DNA of 32,539 nucleotides from an uncultured Anaerolineaceae bacterium (GTDB lineage Bacteria > Chloroflexota > Limnocylindria > Limnocylindrales > CSP1-4), in the NCBI GenBank assembly GCA_964556585.1, contig CAZKXK010000002.1, forward strand, positions 1-32,539, read 5' to 3'. The notes under the pieces were generated by a model, which worked only from the letters and a program-made list of their open reading frames with translations, had not been told where the DNA came from and made no database searches. Below, in pieces: positions 1-8,167 of this stretch (position 1 is its first letter; each line of letters begins with the position of its first letter). Position numbers and translations under genes: made by a program.

Positions 1-1413
1 GATCCCGCCTCATTGCTGGAGCCGCCCGCGCCGGCTCCCGAGGGTTGGCTCCGGCCGGGCTGGCGCTGGGGCCTGCCCGTTGCCTGGGCGAGCGCCTCGT
101 TGCTGGCGATCCCCGCCGCGGTCTACGTCGCGCTCTACCTCCCGTGGGTCGCCCTCGGCAACCGCCTGACGGCCTCCTGGCCGCCGGGCAACGGGGGCCA
201 GACGCTCCTCGACCTCACCAAGGCGATGTACGACTACCACAACAACCTTCGCGCCACCCACCCGGCCGCCTCGCCCTGGTGGGCCTGGCCGCTCGACCTC
301 AAGCCGGTCTGGTTCTTCCAGCAGTCCTTCGGCGGGTCGACCTCCGGGGCCATCTACGACGGCGGCAACCCGGTCATCTGGTGGCTCTCGATCGCCGCGG
401 TCGCGTTCGTCGCGTGGCAGGCCTACCGGCGTCGGAGCCTGGCGCTCGGGCTGATCTCGATCGTCATCGCCTTCACCTGGCTCTCCTGGGCGCGAATCGA
501 CCGCGCCAGCTTCGAGTACCACTACTACGCGACACTCCCGTTCGTCGTCCTGGGTCTCGCCTACTTCGTCGCCGAGCTCTGGCACGGGCCATCCGCGCGG
601 ACGTGGCGGCTGGCGCGCGGCGCCGCGGCGCTGGCCCTGCTGCTCCCGGTGATCCTGTGGTTCGGCAAGGGCCCGCTGTGCGCCCTGGCCGGCGTCGACC
701 GGGTCGACCCGGGCTCGGAGGCGTGCACCGCGGCGGCCTCGCTCCCGTTCTCCCTGACGGCGCAGGTCGTCGGGCTGATCGTCGTCCTCGTGGTCGGTGC
801 GGGGTTGCTGGTCTGGCAGCTCGTGCGACTCGACCGGAGCGTCCGGGCGGGCGCGGACCGGCTGGAGGCGGCGTCGGCGTCGCGCCGGATCGTCGGGACC
901 GGCGTCCTGGCGCTCGTGAGCCTCGTCGCGGTCGCGATCCTGCTGCCCGCCACGCCGCTGGTCCAGACGCCGAGCATCCCGGGCGAGCTCCTCTCGCTCC
1001 TCCTCCTGTTGATCCTGGGGCCGATCGCCTGGCTGGTCTGGTCGGCTCGTTCGCCGCGCCGGTTCGCCGTGGGCACGGTGCTCGCGTCCATCGTGGTCTT
1101 CGTCGCGTTCTACCCGAACTGGTCGGGCCTGCCGCTCCCCAACGGCATCTTCAACTGGTACCAGGGGTTGCTCCCGACGTGGCTCTACCCGTTCCAGTTC
1201 GCCGTGAACACGGACCCGCCGTTCACGGTCTCGTTCGCCAGCCCCTGGCCGCTCCTCCTGCTGGCCGCGGTGCTGGTCTCGGCCGCGATCGTGGCCTACA
1301 GCGCCTGGGTCTGGCGCCTCGCGATCGCCGAGCGGCTCGTCGACGAGGCGGCGCCGTCCGACCTCCCGTCACCACCCGAACCACCTGAGCCATCCCAGCC
1401 ACCCGAGGGCTGA
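1..1413 (+). CDS. C-terminal part of a PMT/GT39-like polyprenyl-phosphate-sugar dependent glycosyltransferase (protein O-mannosyltransferase-like); 5' end lies outside the window
   Basis: The frame is open from nt 1, with no stop before the TTG at 13. Stop TGA is at 1411-1413. It is a polytopic membrane protein. 'MYDYHNNLRATHPAASPWWAWPLDLKPVWFF' and the following helices resemble the C-terminal 4-TM module of PMT-family enzymes. It ends in a Pro-rich tail, PPEPPEPSQPPEG. Confidence 0.6.
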   Translation, partial: DPASLLEPPAPAPEGWLRPGWRWGLPVAWASASLLAIPAAVYVALYLPWVALGNRLTASWPPGNGGQTLLDLTKAMYDYHNNLRATHPAASPWWAWPLDLKPVWFFQQSFGGSTSGAIYDGGNPVIWWLSIAAVAFVAWQAYRRRSLALGLISIVIAFTWLSWARIDRASFEYHYYATLPFVVLGLAYFVAELWHGPSARTWRLARGAAALALLLPVILWFGKGPLCALAGVDRVDPGSEACTAAASLPFSLTAQVVGLIVVLVVGAGLLVWQLVRLDRSVRAGADRLEAASASRRIVGTGVLALVSLVAVAILLPATPLVQTPSIPGELLSLLLLLILGPIAWLVWSARSPRRFAVGTVLASIVVFVAFYPNWSGLPLPNGIFNWYQGLLPTWLYPFQFAVNTDPPFTVSFASPWPLLLLAAVLVSAAIVAYSAWVWRLAIAERLVDEAAPSDLPSPPEPPEPSQPPEG

Positions 1414-1423
1414 CGGGCGGGGC

Positions 1424-2605
1424 TCAGGCGACGATGCTGCTCCGCGGGTCGGGCGGGACCTCCGCATGGAAGCCGCTCGGCAACGCGCCCTGCGCCGCCA
1501 GGCGCCGGATCACGAACCCGTAGTAGGCCTCCACCCGCGCCGCGATCCGGTCCCAGCCGAACTCGACGACGCGCTCCAGTCCGCTCTGCCTCATCCGCTC
1601 GCGCAGGTCGGGGTCGTCGAGGACCCGCCGGATCGCCTCGGCGAGCGGACGCGACTCGCCCGGCGGCACCAGGAGCGCCTCCTCGCCACGCCTCACCACG
1701 CCCTTGTAGCCGTGGATGTCGCTGCACACGATGGGCGTCCCGGCGGCCATCGCCTCGAGCAGCACGATCCCGAACGACTCGCGGCCGGTCGCCGGCGAGA
1801 CGTACACGTCGGCGGTCTTGTAGAGCTGGACCTTCTCCGCATCCGGGACACGGCCCAGGAACTCGACGTCCGGCAGGCGGCGCGTCATCACGTACCGGCG
1901 CGCCTCCCGCTCCTGGGGTCCGGAGCCGACCACCAGCAGCCGGCACTCGCGACCGCTCTTGCGCAGGATCCGGTATGCCTTGAGAAGCGGGAGCAGGCCC
2001 TTGCGGGACTCCAGGCGGCCGACGAACAGGATGTTCGGGCAGCCGTCCTGCCAGCGGGAGATCGGGACCGCGTGGGCGAAGCGGTCGCGGTCCACGCCGT
2101 TCGGGATCACCTTGTAGTCGCCGGGCAGGTAGCGGTCGGCGAAGTGCCGCGCGGCGGCGCTCACCGCGATCCGCCCGTGGAGGTTCCGGGCCACCGGCCC
2201 CAGCATCTTCCCGCCCAGCTGATAGCCGGGCGCGTAGCCCGAGTAGGCGTGGAACGTGGCGACGTTCACGCTCCGCGACTCGCGCAGCGTGACGAGCGCG
2301 AGGAGGGGCACGAAGGGCTCGTGGAAGTGCAGGAGGTCGAACTGCTCCCGGTCCAGCACGGCCTGGATCTGGCTCCGGTAGCGGGGCGAGACCGTGATCG
2401 TCCCCATCGACCCGTTCGACGGGACGGAGAACCCCTTCCCGATCCGGATGACATCGCCCTCGGAGCTGCGCTGGAGGCCGTGGCTGGCCGTCAGGATCCG
2501 GACATCGTGGCCGTGGGCCCGCAGCGCGTCGTACAGGTGCCCGACGTGGTCGTTGACGCCGCCGGGGAGCGGGTAGACGTACGGCGTGACGAGCCCGATC
2601 TTCAC
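1424..2605 (-). CDS. pimA: GT4 glycosyltransferase, phosphatidylinositol alpha-mannosyltransferase (PimA-like)
   Basis: GTG start at 2605 with GAGGA 6 nt upstream and a GTGA overlap with the preceding stop. It is colinear with mycobacterial PimA as I recall it, from VKIGLVTPYVYPLPGGVNDHV through RIAVS, IPNGVD and ESFGIVLLEAMAAG (E-x7-E). The extra 156 N-terminal codons of track ORF 1424..3073 overlap the PHP gene and are Arg/Gly-rich junk. Confidence 0.75.
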   Translation of the reverse strand: MKIGLVTPYVYPLPGGVNDHVGHLYDALRAHGHDVRILTASHGLQRSSEGDVIRIGKGFSVPSNGSMGTITVSPRYRSQIQAVLDREQFDLLHFHEPFVPLLALVTLRESRSVNVATFHAYSGYAPGYQLGGKMLGPVARNLHGRIAVSAAARHFADRYLPGDYKVIPNGVDRDRFAHAVPISRWQDGCPNILFVGRLESRKGLLPLLKAYRILRKSGRECRLLVVGSGPQEREARRYVMTRRLPDVEFLGRVPDAEKVQLYKTADVYVSPATGRESFGIVLLEAMAAGTPIVCSDIHGYKGVVRRGEEALLVPPGESRPLAEAIRRVLDDPDLRERMRQSGLERVVEFGWDRIAARVEAYYGFVIRRLAAQGALPSGFHAEVPPDPRSSIVA

Positions 2606-3474
2606 GAGGCGTCCTCGCGCGGCCGAACGACCCCCGCCGATTCGTCCGGTCGCGGCGGCCGGAAGCGGCCGCCCGGATAGCCGAGGTCCCGCCCGGTTCC
2701 GTCGCGCCGCACCCGCCCGCCGACCTCGGCGCGCCAGTCGCGGCTGTACTTGCGGAGCTGCCTGCCGAATGTCGGCAGCTGGGAGGTGGTCCGGTGGAAC
2801 GAGCCCTCCCAGCCCGTCGTGCCGGCCAGGATCGCGGCACGCACGTCCTCCGCCGTGCGCCCCGGGAATGTCGTGAAGCCGGTCCCGATCGCGGCCGCCT
2901 CGTGGGCGTCGCTGTTGCCGACGGTCGGCAGGCCGTGGGCCGCGGCGAACGCCCCGACCCGCTCGTGCACGAACCGTCCGAACGTCGTGGGGTTGAACGC
3001 CTCCAGGGCGTCTGGCCGGACCCGGGGATCGCCCGCGGACAGCAGCCGCCGGAGCGTCCAGCCCTGCGCGCACAGCGGGTACGGGAAAAGGGGATGGGCC
3101 GGGATGGCGAGGCCGCCCTGCTCGTGCACCTCGCCGATCGTCGTGCGCATGGAGCGGAACGGCCGGACCCGCTCCTCCAGGAACAGCGCCAGCAGATGTC
3201 CTTCGAGGGTGGTGATCTCCTCGCCCACCACGATCTCGACCCGGAGCCCGCGCGCCTGCGCGATCGACCGGGCGGCGATCGCGGCGTCGACTCGCTCGTG
3301 GTCGGCGATCCCAAGGACGTCGAGATCCGTCATCGCCAGCACGTGGGCCAGGATCGTCTCCACGTCGTCCAGCCCATCCGAGGCGACCGTGTGCACGTGC
3401 AGGTCCGCGCGGCCGTGGGGCAGCGCCGGGTCAGGCCCGCCTGGCGACCGGCGGGTCGTGCCGCCCGCGCTCAT
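2602..3474 (-). CDS. PHP-domain metal-dependent phosphoesterase
   Basis: ATG at 3474 forms an ATGA overlap with the upstream stop. PHP ligand motifs appear in order: DLHVHTVASDG, GIADHE, VVGEE, AIPAHP, GNSDAHE. GC3 is very high in this frame. Confidence 0.7.
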   Translation of the reverse strand: MSAGGTTRRSPGGPDPALPHGRADLHVHTVASDGLDDVETILAHVLAMTDLDVLGIADHERVDAAIAARSIAQARGLRVEIVVGEEITTLEGHLLALFLEERVRPFRSMRTTIGEVHEQGGLAIPAHPLFPYPLCAQGWTLRRLLSAGDPRVRPDALEAFNPTTFGRFVHERVGAFAAAHGLPTVGNSDAHEAAAIGTGFTTFPGRTAEDVRAAILAGTTGWEGSFHRTTSQLPTFGRQLRKYSRDWRAEVGGRVRRDGTGRDLGYPGGRFRPPRPDESAGVVRPREDAS

Positions 3475-4460
3475 GGCCGTGGCTCCGGCGCGAGATCCGG
3501 CCAGATCGGGAAGAAGACGGCCCACCATTGCTCCGGGGCGTCGGCGACCAGGCGCTCGAACACGGCAACCTCCTGGCTGAGCAGTGCCTCGACGCCCGCG
3601 CGCCTGGCCCCGGGCCCGCTCGCGAGGTCGCCACGGGGCGGCTGGATCGTCTCGAGGCGACCCGCGAAGCGCTCCCCGCGGAGGCGCCGGACGGCCGCGA
3701 CGTGGATGGGGGCGCCGGACTCGAGGGCGAGGAGCGCCGCACCGACGGGCAAGGGCGCCGGCGCGCCGAAGAACGGGACGGAGATGCCGCCGCCCACGAT
3801 GTCCCGGTCGCCGACCACGCCGACCAGCTCACCCCGGCCGAGCGCTGCGCGGAGCTCACGGCGTGCCCCCTCCAGGCCGACCAGCCGCACGCCAGACGCG
3901 GACCGGGCGCGCGTCATGAACGCCTGGAGCGCCGGGTCCTCGAGCGTCTCCATGGGTGCCGTGATTGGCGTGTCGAGCCGGGTGAGCAGGATGGCCTCGG
4001 TCGCCTGGAGCGACCCGAAATGGAGAGAGGCGAAGATCGCCGGGCGCAGCGCAAAGGCCGCCTCGACGGCGTCGGGCGTCTCGATGAGGGTCCGACCGGG
4101 AGCCTCGCGGGTCACGGCGGCGGATCGGAGCAGCTCCGCGTACGTCCGTGCCGCCTGCCGGTACGCGGCGCGGACCAGCCGCTCGAGCGCCGCTGGATCG
4201 TCCGCCGCGGCGCGTGCCCGAGCCACGCCCGTCCCGGTCGCGGCCAGGTGCGCGGCCACGCGGCCCAGGTTGGCCCGGGCCTGGGCGGCCCGCGCCGGCG
4301 TGGCCCGGTACCAGAGCTCGCCGCCGGCATCCGCCACGCCGCCGACCACGCCTGCCGGCAGGCGGTTCGCGAGCCAGCTGGCGACCTCCAGCAGGCGCAC
4401 GCGCAGCCGCTGGACGACGGTCGCGTTCCGCGGCGCCTTCGTGGCCGGCGGAGCGGTCAT
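3471..4460 (-). CDS. LpxL/HtrB-family lipid acyltransferase (PatA-like), paralogue 2
   Basis: ATG at 4460 (MTAPPATK) forms an ATGA overlap with the upstream stop. Family-typical layout, ending in 'PEQWWAVFFPIWPD'. The catalytic box reads LHFGSLQ (HX4Q). The rest of the 725-aa track ORF upstream is an out-of-gene extension. Confidence 0.7.
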   Translation of the reverse strand: MTAPPATKAPRNATVVQRLRVRLLEVASWLANRLPAGVVGGVADAGGELWYRATPARAAQARANLGRVAAHLAATGTGVARARAAADDPAALERLVRAAYRQAARTYAELLRSAAVTREAPGRTLIETPDAVEAAFALRPAIFASLHFGSLQATEAILLTRLDTPITAPMETLEDPALQAFMTRARSASGVRLVGLEGARRELRAALGRGELVGVVGDRDIVGGGISVPFFGAPAPLPVGAALLALESGAPIHVAAVRRLRGERFAGRLETIQPPRGDLASGPGARRAGVEALLSQEVAVFERLVADAPEQWWAVFFPIWPDLAPEPRP

Positions 4461-5560
4461 GCTTCGGCGCCCGTGACGCTCGACGGGGATGGTCCGGACT
4501 CGGGCGTATCGCCCGGTGTGGCCATGCCCGGGTCGAGCGCCCGGCCGAGCGACTCGAGGCGAGCGGCTTCGGCTGGATCGTCCGGCCAGATCGGCTTGAA
4601 GACGCACCACTGCTCGGGCGCCAGCCGGATCCCGGCCTCGAGCGCGGTGGCGATCTCCTGGGTCGCGCGGGCCAGCTCCGCCGGCTCGTCGGACGCGAGG
4701 TTGATCGGCGCGCCGACGTCCGTCAGATGGCGATTCCCGGAGCGGATGACCCAGAAGGGGAGGATCGTCGCTCCGGTCCTGGCTGCCAGGACCGCCGGTC
4801 CTGCCGGGAACCGGGTCCAGCCACCGAAGAATCGGACGGGGATGCCATCCGGGCGGTAGCCCCAGTCCACCAGCAGCGCCACGATCTCGTGCCGGTGCAG
4901 CACCCGGAACACCTCCCGGAGGTTCTGCCAGGGGATCTGCTTGACGCCCCAGCTGCGCCGCTCCTCGTTGAGGAGCTGGAACAGCTCCTCGTATGCCGTG
5001 TCGTCGGCCACCGCGTTGATCGGCCACCCGCGGCCCGCCAGACCGGCGGCGGCCGCTTCGTTGTTGCCGAGGTGAGCGCCCACGACGATGAGCCCCTTCG
5101 ACGCCTGCCACGCCGTGTGGAAGGGCGCGGCGGCATCGTCGCCGACCTGGGCGGTGCGTTCTGCCTGGGGGAGCCGCGAGAGTCGCATCAGCTCCAGGAC
5201 CCAGCGGACCTGGTTCCGGTACACGGCCCGCGCGAGGTGGCCGACGCGCCGGTCGCCGGGCGCGACGCCGAGCACACGGGCGGTGTTGGCCCGGACATAC
5301 CGGCGCCTGGCCGGCCACGCCCAGTACACGCCGACGGCGAACCAGCCGCCGACGCGGGTCGCCGGTCCAAGCGGCAGGCGGCCCAAGATCCAAGACCCAA
5401 CGCGGTAGCCGAGCACAGCCGTGCGGGCCCGGATGCGCCGCCCCTGGGCCTCGCGCCGGTGCGGGGCCTGGAGGCTGCCCTTGGTCCCGCGAGTGTTGGT
5501 CCGGGCCTCGGGGTCCGGCGCCCCGTCGGGGGCGCCGGAGATCCCGCGGGCGGAGGTCAC
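4457..5560 (-). CDS. LpxL/HtrB-family lipid acyltransferase (PatA-like, PIM acyltransferase candidate), paralogue 1
   Basis: AHLGNNE (HX4E box), '[18 protein letters not shown]' and '[13 protein letters not shown]' are present. GTG at 5560 overlaps the ino1 stop (GTGA). The true start could be further downstream, for example the GTG near 5416. Confidence 0.65.
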   Translation of the reverse strand: MTSARGISGAPDGAPDPEARTNTRGTKGSLQAPHRREAQGRRIRARTAVLGYRVGSWILGRLPLGPATRVGGWFAVGVYWAWPARRRYVRANTARVLGVAPGDRRVGHLARAVYRNQVRWVLELMRLSRLPQAERTAQVGDDAAAPFHTAWQASKGLIVVGAHLGNNEAAAAGLAGRGWPINAVADDTAYEELFQLLNEERRSWGVKQIPWQNLREVFRVLHRHEIVALLVDWGYRPDGIPVRFFGGWTRFPAGPAVLAARTGATILPFWVIRSGNRHLTDVGAPINLASDEPAELARATQEIATALEAGIRLAPEQWCVFKPIWPDDPAEAARLESLGRALDPGMATPGDTPESGPSPSSVTGAEA

Positions 5561-6813
5561 TTGGCGGCGGCCTTCTCAGCCCCCTTGGCAAAGGTCCGAA
5601 GGGTTCGGGCGACGGGCTTCTCGGTCCCGACAAGCGTCTCGTTGTCATCGCCCCGGATGAACGCCTCGACGCGGTTGAACGCGATGTCGTCGTGGATCTG
5701 CTGCGGCGGGCTCTTCATGAAGTAGCTGGACGGCGCCACCAGCGTCCCCTTCAGGCCGCGGTCCAGGCCGAGCTTCAGGCAGCGGATCGCGTCCGTGATG
5801 ACGCCGGCGGAGTTCGGGCTGTCCCAGACCTCCAGCTTGAGCTCGGCCTTGAGCGGCACGTCGCCGTAGGTCGTGCCTTCCATCTGGATGTAGCAGAACT
5901 TGCGGTCGGTCAGCCACGGCACGTGGTCGCTCGGCCCGACGTGGACGTTGCCCGGCTCGAGCTCGTAGTCGAGCATCGACGTGACCGCGTTCGTCTTGCT
6001 GATCTTCTTGCTCTCGAGACGCTCGCGCTCGAGCATGTTCAGGAAGTCGGTGTTGCCGCCGAAGTTCAGCTGGTAGGTCCGGTCGAGGCGCACGCCGCGG
6101 TCCATGAAGAGGCGTGTCATCACGCGATGCGTGATCGTCGCGCCGACCTGGCTCTTGATGTCGTCGCCGATGATCGGGAGTCCCTCCTCGGCGAACCGGC
6201 GCTGCCAGTAGGGCTCGCGGCCGATGAAGACGGGGATGGCGTTCACGAAGCCGACGCCGGCCTTGAGCGCCTGCTCCGCGTACCACTTGGTCGCCTCCTC
6301 GCTCCCGACCGGGAGGTAGGAGACCATCACGTCGACCTCGCGCTCCTTGAGAATTCCGACGACGTCGGCCGTGGGGCCGGGCGCCTTCTCGATGATCTGG
6401 CTGAGGTACTTCCCGAGGCCGTCATGGGTCATGCCGCGGTCCACGGTGACCCCCATGTGGGGTACCTGCTGGAAGACGATCGTGTTGTTCGGGTACGCGT
6501 AGATCGCCTCGGAAAGATCCTTGCCGACCTTCGTCTTGTTGATGTCGAACGCCGCCACGAACTCGATGTCGCGGACGTGGTACCCGCCGAGGCTCACGTG
6601 CATGAGCCCGGGGACGAAATCGCTTTCCTTGGCGTTCTCGTAGTAGTAGCGGCCCTGGATCAGGCTGCTCGCACAGTTGCCCACGCCGACGATCGCGACG
6701 CGGATCTTGCCGTCCTTGCGCTTTGCTCCGGCCCAGGTGCCGGTCGGGTTGGTGGCGGTTCCGTTGTTGCTCACGCCGTTCGTGCTCCCGTGCTTCGAGT
6801 CGTTCTTGGCCAT
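5557..6813 (-). CDS. ino1: myo-inositol-1-phosphate synthase
   Basis: ATG at 6813 is preceded by GGAGG. The sequence is colinear with actinobacterial Ino1: [70 protein letters not shown]. Residues 1-92 of the 510-aa track ORF are a spurious extension. Confidence 0.85.
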   Translation of the reverse strand: MAKNDSKHGSTNGVSNNGTATNPTGTWAGAKRKDGKIRVAIVGVGNCASSLIQGRYYYENAKESDFVPGLMHVSLGGYHVRDIEFVAAFDINKTKVGKDLSEAIYAYPNNTIVFQQVPHMGVTVDRGMTHDGLGKYLSQIIEKAPGPTADVVGILKEREVDVMVSYLPVGSEEATKWYAEQALKAGVGFVNAIPVFIGREPYWQRRFAEEGLPIIGDDIKSQVGATITHRVMTRLFMDRGVRLDRTYQLNFGGNTDFLNMLERERLESKKISKTNAVTSMLDYELEPGNVHVGPSDHVPWLTDRKFCYIQMEGTTYGDVPLKAELKLEVWDSPNSAGVITDAIRCLKLGLDRGLKGTLVAPSSYFMKSPPQQIHDDIAFNRVEAFIRGDDNETLVGTEKPVARTLRTFAKGAEKAAAK

Positions 6814-6872
6814 TGGTCGCGTGGTGCCTCCTGCGGTTGGGTTGACGGATCGATCGGTGGGTTGGTCGTTGC

Positions 6873-7571
6873 TCAGCTCGGGCGCTCGGAGACCTCCCTG
6901 GATGCCTGCGCGCGAACGTGCAGGACACGCTGGACGATCGTGAGGACGGCGCCGAGCGCGATGATCGCGAGCGCGCCCTCGATGACGAGGATGCCGGCGG
7001 GTTCGGCCGCGGCGCCGCCGTTCCCGAAGCCGCTTCCGGGGGCTCCCCGGTCCACGCCCAGCAGCGAACCCAGCACGAGCCCGCCGCACAGGATCACGAG
7101 CCGGACCTCCCGGGGCATGATCCCGACGGCTGCCATGCCGGTCCCGGGGGAGAAGCCGAGGCCTTCGGCCTTGGCGCGGACGTAGCTGACCAGGAACGCG
7201 CCAGCCATGGCCGCGCCAGCAAACGTGGGGCCGTTCGCCCAGCCGCCGGCGTGGAGGCCGGCGATGAGCCCGACATAGACGAGCGCCTCGCCCCAGCGGT
7301 CGAAGACGCTGTCCATGAACGCCCCGAAGCGGCTGACGCGGCCCGTCGCCCGGGCGAGCGTCCCGTCGAACATGTCGAAGACGCCGCCGGCGAAGACGAC
7401 GATTCCGCCGACCAGCCAGAGCTGGCCGGCCAGCAGGATGGCCCCGATCGCGGTGATCCCGAACCCGGCGAGCGTCAGGCCGTTCGGGGTCAGGCCCAGC
7501 CTGCCCAGCGCGAGCGCCACCGGCTCCCCGAGCTTCTTGACCCTGCCGCGCGCCTCGTTGGAGATCACCAC
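6873..7571 (-). CDS. pgsA1: CDP-alcohol phosphatidyltransferase; by context a phosphatidylinositol-phosphate synthase
   Basis: It carries the full signature D-x2-DG-x2-AR-x8-G-x3-D-x3-D, as '[27 protein letters not shown]'. It is a multi-TM protein. GTG start lies 10 nt after the arsR stop, with a GAGGA-like RBS. It is adjacent to ino1 and in the same operon as pimA. Confidence 0.7.
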   Translation of the reverse strand: MVISNEARGRVKKLGEPVALALGRLGLTPNGLTLAGFGITAIGAILLAGQLWLVGGIVVFAGGVFDMFDGTLARATGRVSRFGAFMDSVFDRWGEALVYVGLIAGLHAGGWANGPTFAGAAMAGAFLVSYVRAKAEGLGFSPGTGMAAVGIMPREVRLVILCGGLVLGSLLGVDRGAPGSGFGNGGAAAEPAGILVIEGALAIIALGAVLTIVQRVLHVRAQASREVSERPS

Positions 7572-7580
7572 TCCGCGTCC

Positions 7581-7985
7581 TCAGCCCGCGATCGGCGGAG
7601 CGTAGCCGAGCACGTCCCGCTCGCGGGCTGCCACCTCGTCGAAGGCGCCCGGACGAAGGGAGCAGATCGTCTCGCGCCCTGCCCGCCGGGTCACCACGAG
7701 CCCTGCGTCGCGCAGGCGCTTGAGGTGATGGCTCACGAGCGGCTGGGAGAGTCCCACGTGGTCGATCAGCTCGGTCACCGTGGAGGGGGTCTCGGCCAGG
7801 CGCCTGACGATCCGGAGCCGGTTCACGTCCGCGAGCGCCCGGTGGAACGTGCGCAGCTCGCGCAGGTCGTCCGGCTGGTCGACGATCGAGGCAAGAGTCC
7901 CGCGGATCCGGGCTGGCGAAGGGGACAGGGAAGGCTCCTCGGGCTGGGTCGCGACGGCTCCGGCCGCCGCAGTTCGCTTCAACAC
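7581..7985 (-). CDS. ArsR/SmtB-family winged-helix transcriptional regulator
   Basis: '[16 protein letters not shown]...[28 protein letters not shown]' is present. GTG 7985 and TTG 7982 are the most downstream canonical starts that still lie N-terminal to the wHTH domain. The only later start-capable codon in frame is the GTG inside ALADVNRL. The start sits 5 nt downstream of TATATA, a leaderless geometry. Confidence 0.65.
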   Translation of the reverse strand: MLKRTAAAGAVATQPEEPSLSPSPARIRGTLASIVDQPDDLRELRTFHRALADVNRLRIVRRLAETPSTVTELIDHVGLSQPLVSHHLKRLRDAGLVVTRRAGRETICSLRPGAFDEVAARERDVLGYAPPIAG

Positions 7986-7990
7986 GTATT

Positions 7991-8018
7991 TATATAAAGG
8001 CTCGTTGATCCTAGTCAG
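7991..8018 (-). promoter_or_regulatory. candidate leaderless promoter of arsR and the PI operon
   Basis: Read on the minus strand: CTGACT (8018-8013), 16 nt, TATATA (7996-7991), AATAC, then GTG (7985). This is one of the most AT-rich spots I noticed in the window. Confidence 0.3.
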
Positions 8019-8089
8019 GCGCGTCGAGCGTGTCAAGAAGTGCGCTGGTTCCAAGCGGCCGCGGGTGCCGCGCGCCCGACCACATCGGC

Positions 8090-8138
8090 TTGACTTTGGT
8101 CTCAGCCCGATGCAAAGTGTTCGCAATCGCAACCAACC
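8090..8138 (+). promoter_or_regulatory. candidate deoR/rhamnose-transport promoter with a tandem TCGCAA-TCGCAA repeat near the predicted transcription start
   Basis: TTGACT (8090-95), 17 nt, then CAAAGT (8113-18). The direct repeat TCGCAATCGCAA lies at 8121-8132. Confidence 0.25.
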
Positions 8139-8167
8139 GAAGTCTGTTTCGGAGCCGGAGAGATCCC

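Noticed and set aside
6814-6872. GATCGATC palindrome and CAACCCA repeats in the pgsA1-ino1 gap, as a possible regulatory element.
   Set aside because: The elements are short and low in information, and the gap already contains the ino1 RBS. There is no second copy elsewhere in the window to support a motif.
1296-7185. Shadow ORFs over the PI operon (1296..3314, 1466..2680, 2794..4476, 3528..4859, 4148..5725, 5692..7185), plus N-terminal extensions of track ORFs 1424..3073, 3471..5648, 5557..7089 and 21071..23602.
   Set aside because: The extensions run through the preceding gene in a different frame and lack similarity to the family N-termini. Internal starts with an RBS or a 4-nt overlap give proteins of the expected family length.
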